A stretch of 64,000 nucleotides of DNA from Alphaproteobacteria bacterium (lineage in GTDB: Bacteria; Pseudomonadota; Alphaproteobacteria; CAAHEQ01; UBA3637): assembly GCA_045532865.1 (NCBI GenBank), contig JAZSGT010000017.1, positions 1,067-65,066 of the forward strand, read 5' to 3'. Every line of letters begins with the position of its first letter. Within the stretch, counting starts at the first letter, position 1. Of the stretch, positions 19,847 to 30,200 are shown piece after piece. A program made the position numbers and the translations under genes. Under the pieces are notes generated by a model. That model had not been told where the DNA came from. It saw nothing but the letters and a program-made list of their open reading frames with translations, and did no database searches.

Positions 19847-20444
19847 TTTTTTCTCCCACTATTCTTTTTACATCATTTAACACTGTTTTTGGATTATATA
19901 CAAGTGATTTTATCCCCAACTGAAGCGCAACACTCACATTTTCTTTTTTATCATCAATAAAAAGCATATTTTGAAATGGTATTTTTGTTTGCTCCTGCAC
20001 TTTTTTAAAAATCAATGCATCAGGTTTAAGTATATTCAATTTATAGGATGGGAAAACAAACTCACGGTCAAAAGGCAAACCTTCAATTGTTGACTCAAGT
20101 TGTGGCAACGCATTTGAAAGTAGGCCTATTTTTATATTTTTTCCTTTTAAATAGGATATCATCTCTTTTGTTTGAGGATAAACAGAGCCCACCCCATTTA
20201 AAAGAGAACAACCAATCTCTTTTTCTTTTATTGCATCAAAAGGAACACCACACAAAAAACAAACATCTTTATTAAAATCTGAAATACTTATCCGACCCAA
20301 CATCAAATCTTTCCATTTAAAATGCAAAGATTTTGCTTTAATAGAATATTTTTCTAAACACTGATAAAACGGCTCCAATGAATAAGGATAAACAACCCCT
20401 CCACAATCAAGCAAACAGAGTTTTATATCCTGTCTTTGTTTCAT
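19806..20444 (-). CDS. HAD-superfamily hydrolase (YihX-like D-x-G motif I variant)
   Basis: Motif I LLDCGGVV and motif IV FIDDKKENV. The 3' end overlaps the downstream kinase gene by 41 nt. Confidence 0.7.
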   Translation of the reverse strand: MKQRQDIKLCLLDCGGVVYPYSLEPFYQCLEKYSIKAKSLHFKWKDLMLGRISISDFNKDVCFLCGVPFDAIKEKEIGCSLLNGVGSVYPQTKEMISYLKGKNIKIGLLSNALPQLESTIEGLPFDREFVFPSYKLNILKPDALIFKKVQEQTKIPFQNMLFIDDKKENVSVALQLGIKSLVYNPKTVLNDVKRIVGEKNVRCSCNRRCNCR

Positions 20445-20452
20445 TTTTACAC

Positions 20453-20872
20453 CTAGCGCTTATTTTCCCAAGGCAACAAAGGTTTAAAAGGTGGATAAAT
20501 AAATCCACAAATATCAGGCAAATATGATGATTTTTCAGACTGAAACAAAACACAAGTTACAAACTCATATTCTGGAAAAATATTCTTCACATCTTCAAAA
20601 CTTTTTCCTGTTTCTGTTGCATCATCAACCAATAAAAACCTTGTATTTTTTTCAAAATGCTTTAAGGAAGACCCACCATATCCATTTTTTCTAGAATAGT
20701 TAATATATTCAAGTTTTTTTCCTAACTGATAAGCAATAAATCCAGCAGGAATTGCGCCACCTCTGCCCAAAGAAACAACAGCTTCAAAAGTGATGTTTTG
20801 TTCTTTTATTTTCTCCAAACAATTTGCTGCCGATTCTTGAACATCTAACCATGAAAAACGTATTTTTTTCAT
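20453..20872 (-). CDS. Phosphoribosyltransferase, Gpt (xanthine-guanine PRT)-like
   Basis: FSWLDVQ ... VVSLGRGGAIPAGFIA ... FLLVDDATETGKS (PRPP-binding loop) aligns by eye with E. coli Gpt. Confidence 0.75.
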   Translation of the reverse strand: MKKIRFSWLDVQESAANCLEKIKEQNITFEAVVSLGRGGAIPAGFIAYQLGKKLEYINYSRKNGYGGSSLKHFEKNTRFLLVDDATETGKSFEDVKNIFPEYEFVTCVLFQSEKSSYLPDICGFIYPPFKPLLPWENKR

Positions 20873-20996
20873 TTTTTATCTTTCCCCTATTTAATCAATG
20901 AGAAAGATTATAGGCATATTTTTAACAAAAAACAATCATTTTTATCCTTTATTTATTTTATATTATCAGATATAATAAATTCAAGGAGTTTATTCT

Positions 20997-21257
20997 ATGA
21001 GTTTTACTATACAAATAACAACAATCATCACATTAATAATTTTGAATATTACAGCGTACATTTTAACATTTAGTAATGAATTTGCAATTCAAAACAAGGA
21101 TTTTTACGATATTGTATCTATTTTTAATGAATTTATTTTCTTAACCAGTTTAATTGCAGGGTTTAAATTGTTAAAAAAAGCCAAATTCATTGGCGCTATA
21201 ATTTCTTTTTCAATTCCTCTTCTTTATACAGCTGTTTTGTATTATTTTTTTAGATAA
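20997..21257 (+). CDS. Small hydrophobic membrane protein (about 3 TM), hypothetical
   Basis: AAGGAG SD 8 nt upstream of the ATG and strongly hydrophobic segments. I recognise no family. Confidence 0.5.
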   Translation: MSFTIQITTIITLIILNITAYILTFSNEFAIQNKDFYDIVSIFNEFIFLTSLIAGFKLLKKAKFIGAIISFSIPLLYTAVLYYFFR

Positions 21258-21266
21258 AGGTTAAAG

Positions 21267-21836
21267 ATGAAAAGAAGCCTTCATGTGAACGAAGACATTA
21301 CACTTATTCAGCAAAATTCTAGAAAAAAACAAGTCTTTGCATTTTTAAACTTGCTCAAATCAAACGAAAGTAGAATTAAACCTTACTTCCCTGGATTTTA
21401 TTTAGATGGACTTTCTAAAGAATTAGTTGAAGAATTAATTAAAAACAAAGAAAAAGCATTCAAGAACAACGAAATAACAAGTTATGCCATTTGTTCACGA
21501 AAGAAAAAAAGAATTGTTGGAGAAATTTTAATTTATCATTCTCCTAAAAATACGGCATCTGTTTCCTATTGGATTGATAAACAATCAGAAGGAAAAGGCA
21601 TTATCAGCCATTCTTTTGATACTGTTCGAAATGAACTATTTCAAACAGATATTGAATCCATTTTTGCAAGTTGTGATGCAAAGAACAAAAAATCCATTCA
21701 ACTTCTTAAAAACAAAGGATTAAAACAAGTTGCAACATATCAAAATTCAAAGGGCAAAAAATTCATTGATTTTTGCCAAAGCAAACAAGAATATTTACTT
21801 TTAAAAATGAATTTTCAACAAAATGAAAGAATATAA
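21267..21836 (+). CDS. GNAT-family N-acetyltransferase (RimJ/RimL-like)
   Basis: SVSYWIDKQSEGKGI and ...NKKSIQLLKNKGLKQV resemble the Acetyltransf_3 core. Confidence 0.65.
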   Translation: MKRSLHVNEDITLIQQNSRKKQVFAFLNLLKSNESRIKPYFPGFYLDGLSKELVEELIKNKEKAFKNNEITSYAICSRKKKRIVGEILIYHSPKNTASVSYWIDKQSEGKGIISHSFDTVRNELFQTDIESIFASCDAKNKKSIQLLKNKGLKQVATYQNSKGKKFIDFCQSKQEYLLLKMNFQQNERI

Positions 21837-21839
21837 AAA

Positions 21840-22130
21840 ATGGATTTTATCACACAAAAAGAAAATGGCGTTGAAATAAAAGTTCGCATTCATCCAAACG
21901 CAAAAAAAGATGGATTTGCAGGCCTTTGGAATAACACACATTTAAAAATCAACATCAACGCACCTGCTGTTGATGGAAAAGCCAATTCTTGTCTTATTCA
22001 CTTTTTAGCAAAATATTTTCATATTAGAAAAAGTGCTATTGAAATAATAAGTGGTGAAACCTCTCGTGAAAAACGCCTTTTCATTCAAGATCTCACCACA
22101 CAAGATATTTTAGAAAAAATTCCCCTTTAG
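21840..22130 (+). CDS. YggU/DUF167 family protein
   Basis: V.V.PNAKKD......LKI...AP..DGKAN..LI.FLAK........I..G.TSR.K pattern in a 96-aa protein. Confidence 0.8.
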   Translation: MDFITQKENGVEIKVRIHPNAKKDGFAGLWNNTHLKININAPAVDGKANSCLIHFLAKYFHIRKSAIEIISGETSREKRLFIQDLTTQDILEKIPL

Positions 22131-23374
22131 CAAAGTGCTAACAAAATACCTGCTGCAATAGCAGAACCAATCGCACCTGCTACGTTTGCTCCCATAGCCT
22201 GCATTAACAAATGATTTTGAGGGTTTGCTTCCACGCCTAATTTTTCACTCACACGTGATGCCATTGGAATTGCAGAAACACCTGCTGATCCGATTAATGG
22301 ATTAATTTTATTTTTCAAAAATAAATTCATAAATTTAGCCATCAATACACCAGAAGCTGTTCCAACAATAAAAGCACATACCCCTAACAATAATACAACC
22401 AATGTTTTTGATACTAAAAACATTTCAGCAGACAACTTAGAACCAACAGAAAGCCCCAACATGATTGTTACAATATTAATCAATTCATTTGATGCTGTTT
22501 TTGAAAGTCTTTCCGTAACACCCGATTCTTTTAATAAATTACCAAACATCAACATCCCAATCAATGGCAATGCTAATGGGACAAATAAGCCTGTCAAAAT
22601 AACAACCATAATTGGAAAAATAATTCGTTCTTTTTTAGAAACAGGTCTTAATTGAGGCATTTCAATCAATCGTTCTTTTTGTGTAGTCAACACACGCATA
22701 ACAGGTGGCTGAATAACTGGAACCAATGCCATATAAGAATATGCTGCCACTGCAACTGCCCCCAATAACTCAGGAGCCAATTTTCCTGCTAAGAAAATAG
22801 ATGTTGGACCATCTGCACCACCAATAATTGCAATTGAAGCTGCCTGCTTTAGTGTCAATCCCAATTCAGGAAAAAGACCAGACAAACAAATAGCGCTTAA
22901 AAAAGTTCCAAATATCGCAAATTGTGCTGCACCCCCTAAAAGAGCTGTCTTTGGGTTTGCCAATAATGGAGAAAAATCTATCATCGCGCCAACACCCATA
23001 AAAATCAAAAGAGGGAAAATTCCGTTTTCAATTCCCATGTTGTATAAAACAAAAAGCAAACCACCCTCTTGTGTTAATCCAGCTCCTGGAATATTTGAAA
23101 GCAACCCACCCATTGCAATTGGGATTAAAAGCAATGGTTCAAATTTTTTGCAAATACCAAGATAAAAAAGCAAACAACAAATAGCTATCATAATTAGCCT
23201 TGAAAAACCAATTGGTAAAAACATTCCTTCAGGTGTTGCTTCTTTAAAAAGTTGACTAATAGCTGTTTGATCTAAGATAGAAAAAACACTTGTTGAATAA
23301 AGCGACAACTCTATCACTAAAAATAGCGAAAAAAGTACAAGTGCACTCCAAAAAAAGAAAGGATATTTTTTCAT
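22127..23374 (-). CDS. oadB: Na+-translocating decarboxylase beta subunit (OadB/GcdB family)
   Basis: Polytopic membrane protein with the [11 protein letters not shown] motif. Its ATG immediately follows the oadA stop. Confidence 0.85.
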   Translation of the reverse strand: MKKYPFFFWSALVLFSLFLVIELSLYSTSVFSILDQTAISQLFKEATPEGMFLPIGFSRLIMIAICCLLFYLGICKKFEPLLLIPIAMGGLLSNIPGAGLTQEGGLLFVLYNMGIENGIFPLLIFMGVGAMIDFSPLLANPKTALLGGAAQFAIFGTFLSAICLSGLFPELGLTLKQAASIAIIGGADGPTSIFLAGKLAPELLGAVAVAAYSYMALVPVIQPPVMRVLTTQKERLIEMPQLRPVSKKERIIFPIMVVILTGLFVPLALPLIGMLMFGNLLKESGVTERLSKTASNELINIVTIMLGLSVGSKLSAEMFLVSKTLVVLLLGVCAFIVGTASGVLMAKFMNLFLKNKINPLIGSAGVSAIPMASRVSEKLGVEANPQNHLLMQAMGANVAGAIGSAIAAGILLALC

Positions 23375-25192
23375 TTAAGCAACCTCAACTAGCTGTTTAT
23401 TCGTTTCAACTTGTTCACCAACTTGAACAAAGATTTTTGAAATTTTACCTGATTTAGGAGCTTGAATAAATGTTTCCATTTTCATAACCTCAATAACACA
23501 CAAATTTTGACCTTGAGAAACATTATCTCCTTCTTTGACCAATATTTGTGTAATTACTCCTGGCATTTTAGCTGATACAATTTCTTTTGCTCCACTTGTT
23601 TCTTTAACTTCAGGCAAACCTTTTTGAACCTCATCTAAAACCTTTAAAGATGAAACTTGATAAGATTTTCCATTCACAAGAGCTGTATCTCCCTTAATTT
23701 CAACCTTAAACTCTTCACCATCAATTTGTACACTATAAGATTGATTTGAAGAAACTAATGCAACAGCTGGTTTTTCTTTATAACGAACACCAACTTTTCC
23801 TTTTCCCTCAAGGAATGCAATTCCCTTGGCACCACAAGCTGCTGTAATAAAAACATTTTCATCAGTTACTGGTAAATTATGTTCTTTTAAAACACCTTCA
23901 TAATGGGCTCGTGATTTTTGTGGATTTTTATCATTCAAGGACAATACACTTGCTTTGGTTGGTTTTAAACCTAATTGTTCGGATGCAATTTTGACAACTT
24001 CTTTATCTGGTGCAACAGGTGTTTTACCAAAATATCCCAAAACCATTTTGCCATAACCTTCGGCTATTTTGTTCCATTTACCAAACATAACATTGTTAAA
24101 GGCTTGTTGGAAATAGAATTGTGAAACTGGTGTAACAGAAGTGCCAAAACCACCTTTTAAAACAACCTCTTCCATTGCTTTAATAATTTCAGCATATCTA
24201 TCCATCAAATTGTTATCACGAAGCATTTGTGTATTTGCAGTTAAAGCACCTCCTGGCATTGGTGACCAAGGAATCATTGGCTCTGTATGTAATGCTTCAG
24301 GAGGGATAAAATAATCATTCAACGCTTCTTTAAAATGATCTTCGACACGCATCAAAGCATCAATATCACAATCTAGCGTATAATCAGACTCTCTTAAAGC
24401 ATGCCACATGGTTGCAACATCTGGTTGACAGGTTCCTCCAGAAACTGGAGCCATAGACAAATCAACCATATCTGCACCACCTTCAACTGCTGCTAAATAA
24501 CAAGCTAAACCTGTACCTGCTGTTTCGTGGGAGTGATACTGAATCATCACATCATTACCCAACAACTTTCTAGCTCTTTTGATTGTTTCATAAACAACTT
24601 TTGGAACAGCTGTACCGGAAGCATCTTTAAAACAAATTGAGTCAAAAGGCATTTTACTTTTTAAAAATGCTTTTAATCTATCTTCATAAAAATCAGGTGT
24701 ATGAGCCCCTGTGCAATGAGGAGGAAGGGACATCATCGCTACACATAATTGATGTTTTAATCCTGCTTCCGTAATGCATTTTGCACTATAAATCAGATTT
24801 TCAGGATCATTTAATGCATCAAAATTGCGAATCGTTGTCATCCCATGTTTTTTAAACATTTGAGCATGTAATTTAATCATTTCAGAACTTTGAGAATCAA
24901 GCGCAACAACGTTAACTCCACGTGCTAATGTTTGTAAATTGACTTCATCTCCACAAATTTTACGAAACGAATCCATAACGTCAAAGGCATTTTCATTGTT
25001 ATAAAAAAAGGCCGCTTGAAAAGAAGCTCCACCACCTGCTTCAATGTTTTTTACGCCAGCATCAACAGCCTCTTTCACAATTGGCAAATAATCTTTTGAT
25101 AAAACACGAGCTCCAAAAACTGATTGAAACCCATCTCTAAATGCCGTACACAACCATTGAACTTTTTTTTGTTTTTTTGTTTTTGAAACCAT
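23375..25192 (-). CDS. oadA: Oxaloacetate decarboxylase alpha subunit (carboxyltransferase plus biotinyl domain)
   Basis: N-terminal carboxyltransferase domain with FRDGFQS (as I recall, a variant of the RDxHQS motif). C-terminal biotinyl domain with CVIEVMKMET (M-K-M biotinylation site). Confidence 0.88.
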   Translation of the reverse strand: MVSKTKKQKKVQWLCTAFRDGFQSVFGARVLSKDYLPIVKEAVDAGVKNIEAGGGASFQAAFFYNNENAFDVMDSFRKICGDEVNLQTLARGVNVVALDSQSSEMIKLHAQMFKKHGMTTIRNFDALNDPENLIYSAKCITEAGLKHQLCVAMMSLPPHCTGAHTPDFYEDRLKAFLKSKMPFDSICFKDASGTAVPKVVYETIKRARKLLGNDVMIQYHSHETAGTGLACYLAAVEGGADMVDLSMAPVSGGTCQPDVATMWHALRESDYTLDCDIDALMRVEDHFKEALNDYFIPPEALHTEPMIPWSPMPGGALTANTQMLRDNNLMDRYAEIIKAMEEVVLKGGFGTSVTPVSQFYFQQAFNNVMFGKWNKIAEGYGKMVLGYFGKTPVAPDKEVVKIASEQLGLKPTKASVLSLNDKNPQKSRAHYEGVLKEHNLPVTDENVFITAACGAKGIAFLEGKGKVGVRYKEKPAVALVSSNQSYSVQIDGEEFKVEIKGDTALVNGKSYQVSSLKVLDEVQKGLPEVKETSGAKEIVSAKMPGVITQILVKEGDNVSQGQNLCVIEVMKMETFIQAPKSGKISKIFVQVGEQVETNKQLVEVA

Positions 25193-25372
25193 TTATTTCC
25201 CCTTTTGAGCTTGTAAAGCCAACACAATTGCTAATGCTTTTTTATCCATATTTTTATTCTTATCTTCTTTTACAAGAACGGATAACAAATGCATAAAACA
25301 AACCAAAAGGAACAAGAAGAAAAAAACGCTTCCCATTCCTAATAATGTAATAATTAAACTTTCTGTGATCAT
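25193..25372 (-). CDS. oadG: Oxaloacetate decarboxylase gamma subunit (59 aa, absent from the ORF track)
   Basis: Hand translation gives MITESLIITLLGMGSVFFFLFLLVCFMHLLSVLVKEDKNKNMDKKALAIVLALQAQKGK*. It has a single N-terminal TM with an LLGMG.VF.FL OadG-like pattern. AAGGGGA SD. Its TAA directly abuts the oadA ATG. Confidence 0.75.
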   Translation of the reverse strand: MITESLIITLLGMGSVFFFLFLLVCFMHLLSVLVKEDKNKNMDKKALAIVLALQAQKGK

Positions 25373-25523
25373 GTTTATCCCCTTTTTTTATTACAATAAC
25401 ATCAAAAAAAAACGTTTGCAAGCGATTTAAAATTTTTATTCCTTTGAAACCTATTGAAAATTATTAAAAAAAAATGTACTATTATTTCAATTACACATTT
25501 ATTTTAAAATAACAAGGACGAAC

Positions 25524-26546
25524 ATGCTAGATTTTCAAAATAAAACTATTTTAACAGGCGTTAAACCAACTGGAACACTTCATATTGGCAATTATTTTGG
25601 TGCCATCGCTCCTATGGTTGATTTAGGTAAAAAATTTGCTCAAGAAGGTACGCATATTATGTTTGTGGCTGATTACCATGCAATCAATGCAATTAAAGAT
25701 GCTGAGTTTTTAGCCAGAACAACCAAAGAAATTGCTTGTGTTTATTTGGCTGCTGGTCTTGACCCAAATAAATCCATTTTCTATCGTCAATCAGATATCC
25801 CTGAAATTTTTGAGTTAACAACTATCTTAATGGCGTATACACCAAAAGGGTTTATGAACAAAGCACATGCTTATAAAGCTGCTGTTGATAAAAATATAGC
25901 AAAAGGAGAACCAACGGATGCTGGTATCAATATGGGGCTTTATACATATCCAGTTTTAATGGCTGCCGATATCTTAGCTTATGATACAGACATTGTCCCT
26001 GTGGGGAAAGATCAAGTCCAACACGTTGAAATCGCAGCTGATATTGCAGGATCCATTAATGCACTTTATGATAAAGAAGTTTTAAAAATTCCGGCAAGTT
26101 ATTTGAAAGAAGAGGCTCAAGTTCTCCCTGGAACAGATGGTCAAAAAATGAGCAAAAGTTACAACAATGTGATCCCATTATTTGGTACAGATGCAGAGAT
26201 TAAAAAAGCTGTTATGAGTATCAAAACAGACTGTCAAGATATCAATGCTCCAAAAAATCCTGAAGATATTCTTTTATACCACATTGCAAAAGGGATTTCT
26301 CCTCAAGAAACTCTTTTAGAGATTAAAGAAGGTCTTGAAAAAGGTGGAATGGGTTATGGCACAATAAAAAAAATGTTACTCCAAAATATTTTAGATATCA
26401 TTAGTGAAAAAAGAGAAAAATACAACTATTATCTTTCTCATTATGATGAAGTAGAAGACATGTTAAAACAAGGAGCTGAAAAAGCAAGAAACATTTCAAA
26501 ACCTGTGTTAGAACGTGTAAAAGATAGCATTTTTAACAGAAAGTAG
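25524..26546 (+). CDS. trpS: Tryptophan--tRNA ligase
   Basis: TGTLHIGNY (HIGH) and KMSKS motifs. GKDQ.QH motif. Confidence 0.95.
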   Translation: MLDFQNKTILTGVKPTGTLHIGNYFGAIAPMVDLGKKFAQEGTHIMFVADYHAINAIKDAEFLARTTKEIACVYLAAGLDPNKSIFYRQSDIPEIFELTTILMAYTPKGFMNKAHAYKAAVDKNIAKGEPTDAGINMGLYTYPVLMAADILAYDTDIVPVGKDQVQHVEIAADIAGSINALYDKEVLKIPASYLKEEAQVLPGTDGQKMSKSYNNVIPLFGTDAEIKKAVMSIKTDCQDINAPKNPEDILLYHIAKGISPQETLLEIKEGLEKGGMGYGTIKKMLLQNILDIISEKREKYNYYLSHYDEVEDMLKQGAEKARNISKPVLERVKDSIFNRK

Positions 26547-26554
26547 GAGTTCAG

Positions 26555-27205
26555 ATGAAATATGGCATTTTTTTTGCAAGTTGTTGTCTTATTCCAAGCA
26601 TTTGTTTTGCATCCATTGAAAGGGTAAGCGTTATCGCATCAAGCGAACCCGTCTTTAACAACTCATTTTTAAAAAATGCCTCACAGCTTGCAATCAACCT
26701 AGTTAACCAAAAAAAACAAGTCCTTTGTAGCAACGAAGGAACAGGTATTTCAGGCGCATTTTTAAAAACACTTTCCGACAGGAAAGGAACATTTAAAGCT
26801 ATTGGATATAAAGAAAAAGACAACAGTACCTGTCCTAAAAATCATCCCTGTCAACTAATTGAAGATCAAAAGGTTTCAAACATAGAAGCCCAAATTGATT
26901 TTTTCCTCTCGTATGGGGATGGAATTGTATTTTTACCAGGTAGCTTTGATGTTTTATACGCATTTAACTATTTGCAAACTCTTTCAAAGCAAGAAATTAT
27001 GGTTTATAAACCTGTTGTCTTTTTAAACACAAACCATTATTGGGATAGATTACAAGAAATGCTTGTTGAAATGAAAAGACAAAACGTTATATCTCAAAAT
27101 GTTCTTGATACAATTGCTTTTGAAAACAAACCAGATTCTGTTGTAAAAACTCTTGAAAAACTCGAAAAAACAATTCAAAAACTTAATAAAGATAAAAAGT
27201 TATAA
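26555..27205 (+). CDS. Divergent LOG/TIGR00730-like protein with an N-terminal hydrophobic leader; catalytic motif degenerate
   Basis: Colinear by eye with the LOG family (VSVIASS ~ VFGGSS; KPVVFLNTNHYWDRL ~ KP.gllN..g.yd.L). The PGGxGTxxE motif reads PGSFDVLYA. The first 20 aa are hydrophobic (IFFASCCLIPSICFA). Confidence 0.5.
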   Translation: MKYGIFFASCCLIPSICFASIERVSVIASSEPVFNNSFLKNASQLAINLVNQKKQVLCSNEGTGISGAFLKTLSDRKGTFKAIGYKEKDNSTCPKNHPCQLIEDQKVSNIEAQIDFFLSYGDGIVFLPGSFDVLYAFNYLQTLSKQEIMVYKPVVFLNTNHYWDRLQEMLVEMKRQNVISQNVLDTIAFENKPDSVVKTLEKLEKTIQKLNKDKKL

Positions 27206-27238
27206 AATAACCCATTTGATTTTTTCAAATGGGTTATT
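27206..27238. terminator. Bidirectional hairpin terminator at a convergent junction
   Basis: 14-bp perfect stem AATAACCCATTTGA-ttttt-TCAAATGGGTTATT flanked by A and T runs, between stops at 27205 (+) and 27242 (-). Confidence 0.8.
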
Positions 27239-27241
27239 TTT

Positions 27242-30200
27242 TTATTTAAAGAAACGTCCTAAAATCCCAGGAGCAATACTAGATAGTGGATTAAACGAAA
27301 CTCGTGGATTTCCTGGTGTACCTGTTAAGTCATACTTCACACCAACAAGACCACCACCTTTTGAATCTTTGAATAAATGTCCAATAATTGGGATACGCCC
27401 AGGGAGTGAATTAATAATATAAGCAGGAACAACAGATCCTGAAATTGACAACGCAGAAAACGAGGCTCTTCCCGAGAATGTGATACCTAAAGCTGTTCCA
27501 TATGCTACCCCATCCCGAATAAAAAATGTGAAATTAGGAGATAAATCAAATGGGATACTCCCATTTGAAAAACTCAAATCATTTCCACTAAGAGCATCCC
27601 ATATTCCTAAAATGGTAATCGCTTGCATAACAAATCCTGGTTTTTTAAGATTAATATCTTTCAATGTCAATTCACCAGAAAAGCCTCCATTCGGTAAAAC
27701 TTTAGCTTCTATTTTTGCACTTCCTTTTTCAAATTGATCAGAAAAGCCCAAACGATTGAGTAAATCACCAACATCATTTGTTAATGCATCTAACGTTCCT
27801 TTTTTAGGTGTTAAATTCACTGAAACAGCTTCTCTTCCCATCGCAAACAAAAATAAGTTCTGCCATAATGTTCCATTTCTATAAGCTTTTAATGAAACTT
27901 GTTTTAAAGGCATACCTTTTCTTAATGTCAAAGAATCTAAATTCACATCAAAATAAATTTCTGACAAATTATTTCCACCAATCGGGGTCATTTTTTGTTC
28001 TGCTCTTGGATTAGGCAAAGAATTTTTGATTAATGGAAAATCTTTTAATCCACTCAAATTCCAAGAACTTCCCTTCAAATTAACTTTTAAAAATTCTTTT
28101 TGATAGTATTCAATTGATCCATTAAAAGAAGAGTCTTCTGTTTCAACACCATCAAGAAACAAAGAAAATCCACCTTTTTCTACATGAGATTTTCCTTTTA
28201 TATGAACTTTTTCACCTTCTTTATAATCAAATATAATATCTGTTAACCCTTTTTCGGGCAAAATAGAAAACTCATTTTTTAAGACTGCTTTTTTCCCTGA
28301 ATTTTTAAAATATGTAAGAGGATAAATTGAAACATTAGAGGGTGTTAAATCCGAAGATATATCAAAATTATATGTTCCATCATACAATTTTTCAATTTTC
28401 ATATTGGTATAAAAATGACCATTTAAAAATGCAGTGATGTCTTTATAATAAGGTTCCAATAAGGAATCACTTAACAATCCTGAAATTTCATAAATACTTT
28501 GTTTTTGATTTGCCTTTGAAACATCAAAAAACTCTTCCCATTTTAATTTAAATGGTGTCTCAAAAACTTGTGCATTTCCTTCAACTTTGAGACCCTCATT
28601 GTTCACTTCTAATCCTAAATAAGCAGCATCAAGCATCAACTGATCAAATGGCAATTCAATTTTTCCATTTTGAATACTAGCTTTCACATCAGCCCGAACA
28701 TCAATTGGTTTTAGATCTTCAATTAAAGGGAAATTTAAAATAACTTGACCATTGGCAAGTCCACTTGTTTTTTGAGGTTCAAGGCCAAATGATTTAATCA
28801 AATCAAATGGTTTTGAATCAACAATTTCCAGCATTTCATTCACAGGACCTGTCACATTCAATTCAATTTTCGCATTTGAAATATCATCTAACAACTCTGT
28901 CAAATAAACATTTCCTACGTCCAATCTGATATTACCTAATTGACCTGTATTGGCAAAAATTTCAACTCTATCAGGATAAAGCATAACTTTTCCACCAACT
29001 TTTTCAACTGGTGATAAAGGTCTTAAATAGTGAACTGTGACATCTTTAAAATCAATATCACCAATCAAATCCGTAATTTCACTTCCTGTAAAATAAAGTG
29101 TAAACAGAGCTGTTGAAGCTTCACCACCAATTAAATTTTCCTTCACCCAAGCATGTGCAGTTGTTCCCAAATAAGATGGCCAAACGTTGGAAACTTCACC
29201 CATTGGAATATTTTTTAATCGTGCATTTATTGTTGTTTGAATATCATTTATATTATTCGTATCAAAAAAATTTCCAATACCTTCTATTAAAATACTAACA
29301 TCAGCTTTTAAACCTGTTATCAATGCCACTTCGGCAGATTGAAGCATCAATTTGTTTAATCCTTCAGAAAAAACACCTTGAGCTGTTATTTTTTTAATTG
29401 GATAAACAATATCTAATGGATGAGGCAAATACACGCTTCCCGTATTTGTTGTTTCAATTGAAAAATCCATCTTTTTAACTATATTTTGTAATGTCGCATT
29501 TTTTTGGGAAAAATCCATTTCACCATTTATATAGCCTTTTAAAGTTACTTTGAATCCTTTAAACAACTCAAAAGCACGACCTATTTCATCTAATTTAAAA
29601 TGATCAAACTCAGCATTAAACGACAAGCTTTTAGAGGATGATTTTAATTTTCCTTTCAAACTCAACTGCATTGGTTCATTATTTTGAATTATAACTTTTG
29701 CTGTTGAATCAATATCATATTGAAAAAATCTTCTTCTTTTTAATGTTAAATTCAAATTTGGGAATACTATTTTTTTATTTTCTTTTAAATCATTTAAAAC
29801 CAAAGAAGAATCTTTCAATGTAAATCTTCTTATCTTTAAAAACAAATCTAAGGGTTCTACAAAATCATTGATAATAATAGCTTGATGATCCACAACCACA
29901 GGTTTTGTTTCATTATTTAAAAAATCAATAGGAGTACTATATGCAGTTATTCCATCTTGATCTTCTAAAATAAATCGACCATCTTTTGTCAATGTTACAT
30001 GCAAATAGGCTTGTTCAATATAAACCGTTTTAGGTATTGGATTTAAACTTAAAAGTTGTAAAATACCATATGATATTTTAACATTTGGCAATTCAATAAT
30101 CGTTAAATTTTGTTTGTCTTTAATTTTTAAATTATCTACTTGAACATGAAACAATCCCAAACGTGTTGCCGATGCATTTAAAATAATACTATCAGCACTG

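Noticed and set aside
26551-26823. A 90-aa minus-strand ORF lies opposite the start of the LOG-like gene.
   Set aside because: It is entirely antisense to a plus-strand ORF that has an SD and family-like colinearity. It has no SD and no recognisable features, so it is probably a chance ORF in AT-rich DNA.
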